A DNA stretch of 26,729 nucleotides from an uncultured archaeon. GTDB taxonomy: Archaea; Aenigmatarchaeota; Aenigmatarchaeia; GW2011-AR5. Positions 15,088 to 23,927 of the stretch are shown here, piece after piece (position 1 is the stretch's first letter; each line of letters starts with the position of its first letter). The translations under genes were made by a program, and so were the position numbers. The notes under the pieces were generated by a model. It had not been told where the DNA came from. It saw nothing but the letters and a program-made list of their open reading frames with translations, and searched no databases. The DNA is taken from positions 1 to 26,729 of the forward strand of contig CAYJVV010000001.1 in the NCBI GenBank assembly GCA_964373755.1, given 5' to 3'.

Positions 15088-15372
15088 TCACTCTTTAATG
15101 AACTCCAGCTTTTTAACCCTAAAACCCTCTCCGATAGAGTGTTTTTTCTTGCATGCGCTGCATGTATACCGCAGATCTAGCTTTCTCGTAGGTTTTTCTC
15201 TTCCTTTTGGATTCTCTTTCGGGAAAGAGCCGTAGCCTGCAAGCTTGCGCAGGAAGCGCCTCTGACTTTTTGTATTCTGCATTCTGGGCCTTCTTTTTGA
15301 TTCCTCAACAATATGCTCAGTGTGCTTCTTGCAGAACGGGCAATATCTTTTCTGCTTTTTCGGCATCTTCAT
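15088..15372 (-). CDS. rpl44e: 50S ribosomal protein L44e
   Basis: MKMPKKQKRYCPFCKKHTEH...GYGSFPK....KPTRKLDLRYTCSACKKKH. Confidence 0.96.
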   Translation of the reverse strand: MKMPKKQKRYCPFCKKHTEHIVEESKRRPRMQNTKSQRRFLRKLAGYGSFPKENPKGREKPTRKLDLRYTCSACKKKHSIGEGFRVKKLEFIKE

Positions 15373-15381
15373 AGTGAACAC

Positions 15382-15654
15382 TCAGAACAAATGCATTGCG
15401 TTTCTATAGCGCAGATAATCAAGGCCTGGTAATGCAGAACTATCCTCCATTGCTATTTTAACATATTCGTCTGGATTAACTGTTTTATCAATAAATGTCC
15501 CTAATGTTATTCTATATGCAAATATTCTGAAAGGCCAAATACCGCGTGTTTGCATTACTAACTCATAAGACGCCTCAAATGTCGCATCTCCAAAAGAAAT
15601 TATCTGTTCTCTTTCAGGCAATCGTTTTCTTGATAATACTAATCTTTCTCTCAT
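15382..15654 (-). CDS. Hypothetical protein (orphan, 90 aa) between gins and rpl44e
   Basis: Intact ORF starting 3 nt after the gins stop and ending 9 nt before the rpl44e ATG. Confidence 0.65.
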   Translation of the reverse strand: MRERLVLSRKRLPEREQIISFGDATFEASYELVMQTRGIWPFRIFAYRITLGTFIDKTVNPDEYVKIAMEDSSALPGLDYLRYRNAMHLF

Positions 15655-15657
15655 ATC

Positions 15658-16164
15658 TTATTCCTCAATTTTTTCTATAACGCCTTCCTTGAGTAACAAA
15701 TCATTTAAAGACTTGGGTAAAAAGTCTGTGGAAATTATTTCATTCTCCTTGAGCTCGTAAGTCTTCATGTCAGGTCCTACAAAAGCCGGCAGGGCTTTCT
15801 TCACTTTGTAAGCCGGCATCTTCTCTTTGTGTATTTCTGAAAAGAAACTTTCGCGGAAAGCCTTTACCTGTTCGGTAAGTAAATAAAAAAGCCTTTGTTC
15901 TTCTTTCGTCAAACTTTCAGGCTGCAGTCCAGTTCTCACTGTGTAAAGAGCAAGTTCAAGTATCTTTTTTTCCCGTACCTCAAAGAATCTTCTTATGATA
16001 TTTCTCACATTCTCTAGTTCATGTATATCAGCAGATGACTTTAGCTGTTCTTTTTTCTTCAAGTAGTCTCTGATGTCGGAGAGAAAGTTTTCAGGAAGCC
16101 TTTGCAATTTTTTTGACTCTTTTTCTGTTCTTTCGATGTCACGTATCTTGTCAAATGTGAGCAT
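15658..16164 (-). CDS. GINS subunit (Gins51/Gins15 type)
   Basis: ERTEKESKKLQRLPENF, FFEVREKKILELA, LTKEEQRLFY, B-domain LPAFVGPDMKTY; follows the primase. Confidence 0.88.
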   Translation of the reverse strand: MLTFDKIRDIERTEKESKKLQRLPENFLSDIRDYLKKKEQLKSSADIHELENVRNIIRRFFEVREKKILELALYTVRTGLQPESLTKEEQRLFYLLTEQVKAFRESFFSEIHKEKMPAYKVKKALPAFVGPDMKTYELKENEIISTDFLPKSLNDLLLKEGVIEKIEE

Positions 16165-16196
16165 AAGGATTGTATAAATGGAAAGTATTAAAATTG

Positions 16197-17543
16197 CTAA
16201 TGCATTCTGCCTTTGTGCAGTTCAAGACCATGTGCTGTCGAGAATTGCTTCTTGCAGACAAGGCAGGAGAATCCTTGGAGTTTCACGCGCTCTTTTTTCC
16301 TTAAGCCCATTGTCCTGAAAGGATAATTTACAGGATTTTTTATTGTTATCCTTTCCGTTCTGCCCTTGCATACAATATCTGGTTGGCATATCCCAATGTC
16401 TTTGTAGTACATCGCAACATCACAGTTTGCCGGTGGTTTTGCTGCGTACTGCTGTTGATAGCGCAGCTGAGCAATAACATAATTTCTGGGAAGTGGTGGT
16501 TTGTTCTTTTCATTCGACTGAAATACCTTGTCCTCTATTTCTTCCCATTTCCAGTTCATCGTTTTCAGGAAATTTATCAGTACGAAAAGGCTTCTTTTCC
16601 TGCCGTCTTGCATCCCTGAAAGAACGAGTTTAATACATGGCGGGAAGAGTTCTTCTCCTATCTTTTTCTCCCATTGTATCCTTGGCTTTTCAGTTTCCTT
16701 TTTTTTCTCTTTTTTTCGCATAGCATGCCAGTCCATAGCAGCAAGAAATAGCGACTCGGCAGAGTTTTCCTCGGATACAAAGAATTCCGTTTCGGTCTCA
16801 ATTTTTTCAGGCCTTGCGGCTGATTCTGAAAATGTCATTATGTCTTTAGAGCTTATTGGCAACGATACCAGCCAAGTCTTTTCATTAAAGCTGTAAGGAG
16901 CACGAAACATGTGTCGTACTCCCCAGTTTTTCTCTACTTCAACAAAATAAAATGGATTAAGTTTGCTTGGCGGCTCGGCCAGCGAGTTTATGAGTTCAAT
17001 TGCCCCTTTTGATTTAACAAGTTCGCTCATGAGTTTTTTTGCTATTTTTTTCCTTATGTAAGCAGTCAAGATTCTGGGGGCATCTGGGTAAAGTTTTTGC
17101 AGAGGCTTGTAATCTACCTCCTTGGGGAAGCTTTCCCAAGGTAAACACAAATGGAAACCCCTTCTCCCAGAGAACTTTATACCATAATTCTTGATTCCAT
17201 GCTTTCTAAACAGTTTGCAGATAAGCATTGCGGTTATTTTTGACTCTTCCAAGCTGATTTTTGAGTCTATGTCTATTATCAGGTCCCATCCAGTGCGCAG
17301 TTTTTCATAATTATCCTGACGCAATGCCATTGGGTTGCTCCAGCGTTCAACAGAGAGATGGAATGAAGTCACTCCATTTTTAGCCATCTGGAATACATCT
17401 GTAGGAAACTGAAGGATGTTAGGTCTCTTGTCGTATGAACCGTCCCAGAAAGCACCAGCAATTTCACGGTTCTTTGAGCTTTTGACTAAAAAATCAGCTA
17501 CATCTTTCCTGGAGTAGTATTCAAGGATCTTTTGGCGGTTCAT
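16197..17543 (-). CDS. priSL: Fused DNA primase PriS-PriL with a C-terminal C2H2 zinc finger
   Basis: PriS motifs DLIIDID and KFSGRRGFHL; PriL-CTD Fe-S region FPPCIK...DGRKR.LF.LINFL...PANC...ICQPD.VC; terminal CLVC-x12-H-x4-H. Confidence 0.92.
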   Translation of the reverse strand: MNRQKILEYYSRKDVADFLVKSSKNREIAGAFWDGSYDKRPNILQFPTDVFQMAKNGVTSFHLSVERWSNPMALRQDNYEKLRTGWDLIIDIDSKISLEESKITAMLICKLFRKHGIKNYGIKFSGRRGFHLCLPWESFPKEVDYKPLQKLYPDAPRILTAYIRKKIAKKLMSELVKSKGAIELINSLAEPPSKLNPFYFVEVEKNWGVRHMFRAPYSFNEKTWLVSLPISSKDIMTFSESAARPEKIETETEFFVSEENSAESLFLAAMDWHAMRKKEKKKETEKPRIQWEKKIGEELFPPCIKLVLSGMQDGRKRSLFVLINFLKTMNWKWEEIEDKVFQSNEKNKPPLPRNYVIAQLRYQQQYAAKPPANCDVAMYYKDIGICQPDIVCKGRTERITIKNPVNYPFRTMGLRKKERVKLQGFSCLVCKKQFSTAHGLELHKGRMH

Positions 17544-17616
17544 GCAAGAACTAAATCTCTAATGGATAAAAAATGATCAATATAGCTATTTAATCTTTCC
17601 AGAAGTGAATTGAACA

Positions 17617-17982
17617 ATGTATGTTGATATTCGACACTCTATGGCACATCCAATAAGACCACTCTTAAGAGATGATCCGGAGTACTCTCTGGTCGGCACA
17701 CAAAGACGGGGTCTCTTCGGAAGGGAAGAAGTTTACGTACATATACGAAATGGAGAGTTTTTAGGAGCTAGCGAAATAAGTTATGGATTGCTTGGTGAGA
17801 AGGGCGCCGACATCCGCCCACCTGGTTCATGTGGGTCTTCAGAAGACGGCATCAAAGAATATTTCTTAGGATTAGGTGTGCCTGAAGATAAATATAGAGC
17901 AGTGATAGAGCCTGCTGTCAAAGTTCATTTTGGAAAAAGGCGGAAAATGCATCTTCTGTTCTTATTTAGATTACTTTACTAA
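17617..17982 (+). CDS. Hypothetical protein (orphan, 121 aa), antisense to its neighbours
   Basis: Intact ORF fills the rps15-priSL gap; its last 12 nt overlap the rps15 3' end. Confidence 0.65.
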   Translation: MYVDIRHSMAHPIRPLLRDDPEYSLVGTQRRGLFGREEVYVHIRNGEFLGASEISYGLLGEKGADIRPPGSCGSSEDGIKEYFLGLGVPEDKYRAVIEPAVKVHFGKRRKMHLLFLFRLLY

Positions 17983-18420
17983 CAATCTTGTCTGGTCTAT
18001 AGAATATTTCCAGTCTCGTGGCAATTTACCTGTTCTTGCATAATACTTACCTAGTCTTCGTATCTTGGATTCGACAAGCTCAACCCCATGTATTGCTTTT
18101 GCATCAGCCTTGTTTTCTTCAAGATGCCTGTGCAGGTTTACTGCCTGTTTCATCAAGTTATACAAATCTTCAGGAACTACTTTTTTCGTTGTCTTTTCCA
18201 TAATCTTCACTATGCGTAGATTGAAAACTCGAACGTCCGGAATGCCATATTGATCTCTCAATACAATTCCTATCTGGCTTGATGACTTGCCTTCTTTCGC
18301 AAGCTTAACAATCAGTTTTTCTGTTTCTTCCTTGTCGTATCCGAGCCATTCCTGGCGTATGCGCTTGATCGGTTTTTTGCTACCAGATCTGCCATGTTTT
18401 CTTGAATGCATTCTAGCCAT
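17971..18420 (-). CDS. rps15: 30S ribosomal protein S15 (uS15)
   Basis: MARMHSRKHGRSGSKKP, IGIVLRDQYGIPDV, PEDLYNLMKQAVNLHRHL, ESKIRRLGKYY. Confidence 0.97.
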   Translation of the reverse strand: MARMHSRKHGRSGSKKPIKRIRQEWLGYDKEETEKLIVKLAKEGKSSSQIGIVLRDQYGIPDVRVFNLRIVKIMEKTTKKVVPEDLYNLMKQAVNLHRHLEENKADAKAIHGVELVESKIRRLGKYYARTGKLPRDWKYSIDQTRLLVK

Positions 18421-18662
18421 TAAGATGACCTCTTTTCAAACTGATGAAGTTTCATTACTTTGCTTCCAGTATCCGAAATGCCTCTAATTCCATAAGTCTC
18501 ATTATTCGCTCTAATTCCTCCTGGAACTGAAACATAGGTAAAATCCCGATCACAAGGAGGGCAGAAGGCAACTCCTTTATCATTGATACCTTTTCTTGGA
18601 TCGCCTTTCACGTATATCAAAGGATGCTGACAACTTCTTGTATCAATAAGTGTTTTTGACAT
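18420..18662 (-). CDS. Hypothetical protein (orphan, 80 aa), possible zinc-binding
   Basis: Starts directly after the bud32 stop (TAAATG) and overlaps the rps15 start (TAATG); CQH...CPPC. Confidence 0.65.
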   Translation of the reverse strand: MSKTLIDTRSCQHPLIYVKGDPRKGINDKGVAFCPPCDRDFTYVSVPGGIRANNETYGIRGISDTGSKVMKLHQFEKRSS

Positions 18663-19265
18663 TTATCCAACTCTTTGTCTGTATCTGCCGCGTTTTTCTA
18701 TTTCCTGCAAGGTTGTAATAACTGTTTTTGCCTCGTCAAAATGCTTGGTGTAGGTTTCGAGTACGATTGTCCATAGAATCTCTTTGATCAAATTATGGGT
18801 TGACTCGAGCACCTCATTTAAGACGTAAAGGTCAACAGCCTTGTCTTCAATTCTTTTGCTTTGGAAACCCAAACCAAAATCGATGAAATATACATCATTT
18901 CCTTTGGCTATCATATTGCTGGTTGTAAGATCGCCATGAATTATGTCGTACGTATGCAATTTTCCGATTGCCGTGCCAATTTGCTGTCCTATGGATTGTG
19001 CGTTATCTTGATTAATAATATCCTTGACTTTATTTCCGTCAATAAATTCAATTATCAATGAAAAATCAGATTCTTCAATAACACCTGGTACAGCGACACC
19101 TGCTCGCCTTGCAGCCCTCAGCAAATTAATTTCGGTTTTTGTACGTCTTTTCCTGATTTTTTCATCTATCTCTGGCAAGCGATATCCTTTCTTTATCCTC
19201 TCTTTTACGATGTTTCCATTATCCTTTAGCAAAACAGCTTCTGCACCTTGGGCAATCTTTTCCAT
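18663..19265 (-). CDS. bud32: KEOPS kinase/ATPase Bud32
   Basis: IAQGAEA, KERIKKGYRLPEIDEKIRKRRTKTE, HGDLTTSN, IDFGLG, EDKAVDL, IEKRGRY. Confidence 0.96.
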   Translation of the reverse strand: MEKIAQGAEAVLLKDNGNIVKERIKKGYRLPEIDEKIRKRRTKTEINLLRAARRAGVAVPGVIEESDFSLIIEFIDGNKVKDIINQDNAQSIGQQIGTAIGKLHTYDIIHGDLTTSNMIAKGNDVYFIDFGLGFQSKRIEDKAVDLYVLNEVLESTHNLIKEILWTIVLETYTKHFDEAKTVITTLQEIEKRGRYRQRVG

Positions 19266-19332
19266 GAGAAAAGTTATAGAAGAAACTTTAAATGATAAGT
19301 TTATTCAGACAGTAAGAATGTTTCATTTATTA

Positions 19333-20550
19333 TTACCTTATCTCTACAAGAAATTCCTCTTCGCCCATCTCTTGGCGGCCGCCGGTGTAAGGCAGCATTT
19401 TTTCAAGTTTCTGCCTAAAACTTTCATCGTTTGCAGCTTTCATGATGAGGCTGTCTATGAGTTGCGGAAACATCTTGCCAAGCTTCTGCAGACGATAATT
19501 CGCCTTGATTTCAGGCCCTATAACATCCCAGAGTTCTTTGTCATATTTCATGAGAAACTTTTCGCTAATATCGTTTTTTTCTATTGCTTCAATAGCTATG
19601 TCTGCAGCAACTTTACTTGATATCATTGCATTACCAATTCCTTCGCCGCTAAGCGGGTCAATAAGACTGGCAGCATCGCCAAGAAGTAGGAAGCCGTTGC
19701 CATAGCATTTCCTGTGATAGCTCGCTATCGGAAGGCTCCATCCGCGCACCCTTTCAACGAGCTCTGCGTTCTTGAAGCGCTCTACAAAAAGCGGGTTGTT
19801 TTTTATCTCATGTATGAGTGCATCCTGAAGGTTCACGTTTTTTTCGTTTTTGTCCTTGACTATCATTCCAAGACCTACATTGGCTTCACCGTTAGGAAGT
19901 GGAAATATCCAAAAATATCCTGGGATAAGAGATTTTACAAGATGTATTTCTATTCTATCTGTCATGTCGGTTACGCCGCGATAATATGCCCTGATGGCAA
20001 CTATGAAATGCTCCAGGGGGTTTTTGTTAATACCTAATTGTGTCGCAAGAACGCTGTTTGCGCCGTCTGCTGCAAGAATAATTTTTGCTCTGTGTTCCTC
20101 TTTCTCGCCTTGTTTATTTTTTCCAACAATACCTTTTACAACGCCATCTTCGACAATATAATCTGTCACATTCAGAACCCTGAATTCAACCATACTTTTT
20201 GCACACTGGAAGAGATAGTTATCAAATACCATCCTCTTGTGCACGTATCCTGGCGCAGGTTTGTCGCGGTTCTCAACATCTACATGAACCTGGGTGCCGT
20301 TAGGGCTGCTAAGCGTTATGCCATATATCTTTTGTCCAGGCAGTTGCTCATAGCCCTCATAAATGCCAAGTTCCTTCATAATTCCTGCTGCTTTCCTGCC
20401 CTGCGCATCGCCGCATATTTTATCCCTTGGAAACTCTGTCATGTCAACAAGAAGCACTGATTTGCCTGCTTTAGAAAGGTACATAGCGGCCGTGGCACCT
20501 GCCGGTCCGCCGCCTACAACTATAGCATCAAAACCTGTCATAATAGCCAA
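19333..20550 (-). CDS. Geranylgeranyl reductase family FAD-dependent oxidoreductase
   Basis: VVGGGPAGATAA, FPRDKICGD, AADGANS, GYFWIFP....ANVGLG, LGDAASLIDPLSGEGI. Confidence 0.92.
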   Translation of the reverse strand: MAIMTGFDAIVVGGGPAGATAAMYLSKAGKSVLLVDMTEFPRDKICGDAQGRKAAGIMKELGIYEGYEQLPGQKIYGITLSSPNGTQVHVDVENRDKPAPGYVHKRMVFDNYLFQCAKSMVEFRVLNVTDYIVEDGVVKGIVGKNKQGEKEEHRAKIILAADGANSVLATQLGINKNPLEHFIVAIRAYYRGVTDMTDRIEIHLVKSLIPGYFWIFPLPNGEANVGLGMIVKDKNEKNVNLQDALIHEIKNNPLFVERFKNAELVERVRGWSLPIASYHRKCYGNGFLLLGDAASLIDPLSGEGIGNAMISSKVAADIAIEAIEKNDISEKFLMKYDKELWDVIGPEIKANYRLQKLGKMFPQLIDSLIMKAANDESFRQKLEKMLPYTGGRQEMGEEEFLVEIR

Positions 20551-20673
20551 ACTTTCTTAGGCAAAAATACATTTAAAAGTTAACTTAAGTGAATTTTTAT
20601 ACTTTTGAACTAACACGCTTAGTTCTTTACAGATATTATTATATATACTATTTACAGGAAGTATATTTTGTAT

Positions 20674-20847
20674 ATGTCAGAAAATAATAACCACATGTCT
20701 ACAATACGTATCTCCAAGAAAGCAAAAAAGATGCTTGAAGCTTTCGGACGGTTTTCTGATACTTATGAGATTATAATTGTGAAATTAGCTGAACACTACA
20801 AAAACTGCAAAAAGCACAGAAAGGTGAAAAATAATGGTACGTCTTGA
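20674..20847 (+). CDS. Small ribbon-helix-helix (RHH/antitoxin-like) DNA-binding protein
   Basis: Hand translation: MSENNNHMSTIRISKKAKKMLEAFGRFSDTYEIIIVKLAEHYKNCKKHRKVKNNGTS. STIRIS (beta strand)...DTYEIII fits the archaeal T(I)xISxExKxxL...eTYdxII pattern. Overlaps smc by 14 nt; start could be 20695. Confidence 0.7.
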   Translation: MSENNNHMSTIRISKKAKKMLEAFGRFSDTYEIIIVKLAEHYKNCKKHRKVKNNGTS

Positions 20848-23257
20848 GAGGATAACTATGCAGGGCTTCAAGAGCTTTGCTGGCAAGGTTACAATTCCAT
20901 TTCCTGCAGGCTTCAATATCGTGTGTGGACCAAACGGCACAGGTAAGTCTAACATAGTCGACGCGCTGACGTTTGTCTTGGGCACCTCGTCTGCAAGAAG
21001 CATTCGAGCACAAAAACTTCAGAATCTTATCTTCAACGGTGGCACTGACAAGAAACCAGCTGAATTTTGTGAAGTTACTCTTTATTTGGACAATTCTGAC
21101 AACAAAATACCGATAAACGAAAATGAAGTCAAGGTCACGAGAAGAATAACGCGCTCCGGGATAAGCATCTACAAGCTCAACGGCCGGACAGTTACAAGGA
21201 GCAAGATACAAGATTTGCTGGCAAACGCAAACATGTCTTCTGACGGCTATAACATCATAATGCAGGGTGATGTTACCAAGATAATCGAGATGGGCCTGCA
21301 GGAAAGAAGGGAGATAATAGATGAAGTTGCTGGTATAAAGGAATTTGATGAGAAGCGTGAGAAAGCAACAAGAGAACTGGAGCGCGTCGAACTTCGTGTC
21401 AGAGAAAATATGATCGTTGTTGCTGAGAAACAGAAATATGTTCAGCGACTGAAGTCAGAAAAGGAAAATGCTGAAAAGTACGCGAATTTCAGCGAAAAAC
21501 TGCAAATTTATCGCGCATCACTGCTGCACAAAAAACTAGCAGAAGCAGAAGAAAAGGCAGGAATAATAGACAAGGAAATCGATGAAAAAACTTCGCTTTT
21601 TGAAGAAAAATCTAAGATATTTACAGAATCGGAGAAAGATTTGGAAACAAAGGAAAAGTTGATGAGGAAAATAGACGAGGAAATAATGCAGAAGACAAAA
21701 AATATTGATATCCTAAGAAAAGCTGATGCTATTCGAACAGAGATACTCAGGAAGAAAGATAGGATAGACTTTAACGAGAGAGAAATATCTAGATTAAAGG
21801 AATTCGAAACGCCTGAAAGGAACATTGCGATAAAGGAGATACTTAACATGAAGTCTCCTGGAATTCATGGAACCCTTGATTCTTTAATTGGTGCTCCAAG
21901 CGAATATTCTACAGCAATCGAAGTAGCAGTAGGCAGGCATTCAAAAGACATCGTCGTTTCAGATCATGAAATAGCCACAAGCTGCATAAAGCACTTGAAA
22001 GCGAGGAAAATTGGGCGTGCTCGCTTCCTGCCGCTGGACAGGATAAGAGGAAGAGAAAAGAAGGAGTACAAAGGAAAGGAAAATATTATTGGCTATGCCA
22101 TAGATTTGGTGAAATACAATAGAAAATTCTCACCTGCTGTAGAATTCGTTCTTGGCTCTACTATTGTTGTGAAAAATATAGACATTGCAAAGAAAATAAA
22201 AGGCTATCGTGTCGTGACTTTAGACGGCGATCTAGTCGAACCGTCAGGAGCTATGATAGGCGGATTCTATAGGAAAACGCACCGTGAATCTTTTGCACCC
22301 AAAATAAGGCAGCTTGAAGAAGATAGCGAGAAACTCGAAGACGAAATAAGTGCCTTGGACAAGGAATTAGGGAAATATAATTTACAGGATGAAGGAGAGA
22401 CTGCAAATGTACGCGAAGACAAGGTCAAAATAGAAAAAGAAATCGAGATTGCTAGAAAGAAATGGAAAGAAATGTTCGAGGAAAAGATGATCCAGCAGAA
22501 TGGCATAAGCAGGTTAAAGATCGAAAAAGCGAGAATAGAAGCTAACCTCGAAAACCTGAATATTGAAATGGAAGAGTTCAAAGATGTCAAGGATTTTGAA
22601 GAAGGATCAATTGATGTTCTGCAAGAAAAAGTGAGGTATTTTGTAACAGAGATTAACAGACTTGGCCCCGTGAATATGAAAGCAATAGAAGAGTACAAGA
22701 CAATAAATGTGGAATTCGAAGAATTGAAAAAAAACCTCAATAAATTGCTTGAAGAGAAAAATGCGATAGTGAGTATAGCAGAAGACGTTGAGAAGAAAAG
22801 ATATGACAAATTTATGGAAACTTTCAACGAGATAGCAGCCAAGTTCTCAACAACTTATTATGATATGGCAGGCGGTACTGGAAGATTAAGGCTTGAAGAA
22901 GAAAACAAAATTGATTCCGGGCTAATTATCGAAGCTAGTCCATCAGGGAAGAAAGTTCTGAATTTGGATAGCATGTCTGGCGGGGAAAAAACACTGACGT
23001 CTCTTGCGTTTCTTTTTGCCATCCTCCAACATTATCTGACACCATTTTACGTGCTAGATGAAGTTGATGCGGCTTTGGACAAGGCAAACACAAAGAAGAT
23101 AGCAGATCTCATAAAGAAATACTCGAAAAGCGTTCAGTTCATCGTAATAAGTCACAACGACCTTACAATAGCCGAAGCAGACAAAGTTTTCGGTGTGTCA
23201 ATGGAAAACGGCGTGTCAAAGGTTTTTGGAATAGAATTGCCCGTGGCGAGTGAATAG
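20834..23257 (+). CDS. smc: Chromosome segregation protein SMC, short form (807 aa)
   Basis: GPNGTGKSN, hinge (GIHGTL...IGRARFLPLD...VTLDGDLVEPSGAMIGG), GPVN, MSGGEKT, YVLDEVDAALD, ISHN. Confidence 0.96.
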   Translation: MVRLERITMQGFKSFAGKVTIPFPAGFNIVCGPNGTGKSNIVDALTFVLGTSSARSIRAQKLQNLIFNGGTDKKPAEFCEVTLYLDNSDNKIPINENEVKVTRRITRSGISIYKLNGRTVTRSKIQDLLANANMSSDGYNIIMQGDVTKIIEMGLQERREIIDEVAGIKEFDEKREKATRELERVELRVRENMIVVAEKQKYVQRLKSEKENAEKYANFSEKLQIYRASLLHKKLAEAEEKAGIIDKEIDEKTSLFEEKSKIFTESEKDLETKEKLMRKIDEEIMQKTKNIDILRKADAIRTEILRKKDRIDFNEREISRLKEFETPERNIAIKEILNMKSPGIHGTLDSLIGAPSEYSTAIEVAVGRHSKDIVVSDHEIATSCIKHLKARKIGRARFLPLDRIRGREKKEYKGKENIIGYAIDLVKYNRKFSPAVEFVLGSTIVVKNIDIAKKIKGYRVVTLDGDLVEPSGAMIGGFYRKTHRESFAPKIRQLEEDSEKLEDEISALDKELGKYNLQDEGETANVREDKVKIEKEIEIARKKWKEMFEEKMIQQNGISRLKIEKARIEANLENLNIEMEEFKDVKDFEEGSIDVLQEKVRYFVTEINRLGPVNMKAIEEYKTINVEFEELKKNLNKLLEEKNAIVSIAEDVEKKRYDKFMETFNEIAAKFSTTYYDMAGGTGRLRLEEENKIDSGLIIEASPSGKKVLNLDSMSGGEKTLTSLAFLFAILQHYLTPFYVLDEVDAALDKANTKKIADLIKKYSKSVQFIVISHNDLTIAEADKVFGVSMENGVSKVFGIELPVASE

Positions 23258-23259
23258 AA

Positions 23260-23919
23260 ATGGTAGATGAAGCTAGATTGATAAGGACAATAGTATTGGG
23301 TGCGGACTGGCAGGAAGTACTAGAAAATATAATTGTCGAAGAGGACCTGAATCCTCTTGTAATAGATCTTGTAAAACTTTCGGACGCCTTCATGAATTAT
23401 ATGCAGGAAATAAAGAAATTTGATTTTCGCATACCAGCCAGGTTCATACTTGTAGCCGCAATACTACTGAGAATGAAGTGTGAGCTGCTTTTGGAGGAAG
23501 AGGAAGAAAAAGCAAGAAAAGAAATAGAAAAACTTCCAGAGATAAGCCTAGAGAACATACCACAACTGTCTGCACCACTTATAAGAAAACCTATAAGGAA
23601 GGTAACGCTTTCAGAGCTGATAACTGCGCTGAACAAAGCCTTGGAATTCAAGGAGAAGAAAGAAACTAAGCAGATAAGGCTTAGAAGAGCAGTTGAAACA
23701 CTTATCGAGCCTGAAGAGGATGTAGAGATAAAGATCTCCACTCTGCTTGGAAAGATTTCAAAAGCTGGCGAAATAAAGTTCTCCGATCTTGTTCCAGATT
23801 GGAAAAGGAATGAAATAGTCGACACGTTCATGCCGCTTTTGTACCTCTGCATGCGCAGCAGGATTTACTGTGATCAGCCTGAAATGTTCAAGGAGATATT
23901 CATCAAAATTCGTGAGTAA
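23260..23919 (+). CDS. scpA: Segregation and condensation protein A (kleisin)
   Basis: W...L..II.EEDLNP..IDLVKLSDAF, ARFILVAAILLRMKCE, VTLSELITAL, VDTFMPLLYL. Confidence 0.92.
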   Translation: MVDEARLIRTIVLGADWQEVLENIIVEEDLNPLVIDLVKLSDAFMNYMQEIKKFDFRIPARFILVAAILLRMKCELLLEEEEEKARKEIEKLPEISLENIPQLSAPLIRKPIRKVTLSELITALNKALEFKEKKETKQIRLRRAVETLIEPEEDVEIKISTLLGKISKAGEIKFSDLVPDWKRNEIVDTFMPLLYLCMRSRIYCDQPEMFKEIFIKIRE

Positions 23920-23927
23920 GATTTTCC

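Noticed and set aside
17613-17986. 6-bp direct repeat AACAAT overlapping the start and stop of the plus-strand orphan
   Set aside because: The implied empty allele would destroy the conserved uS15 C-terminus (RLLVK), so it is chance. This also shows 5-6 bp matches at other junctions are unreliable.
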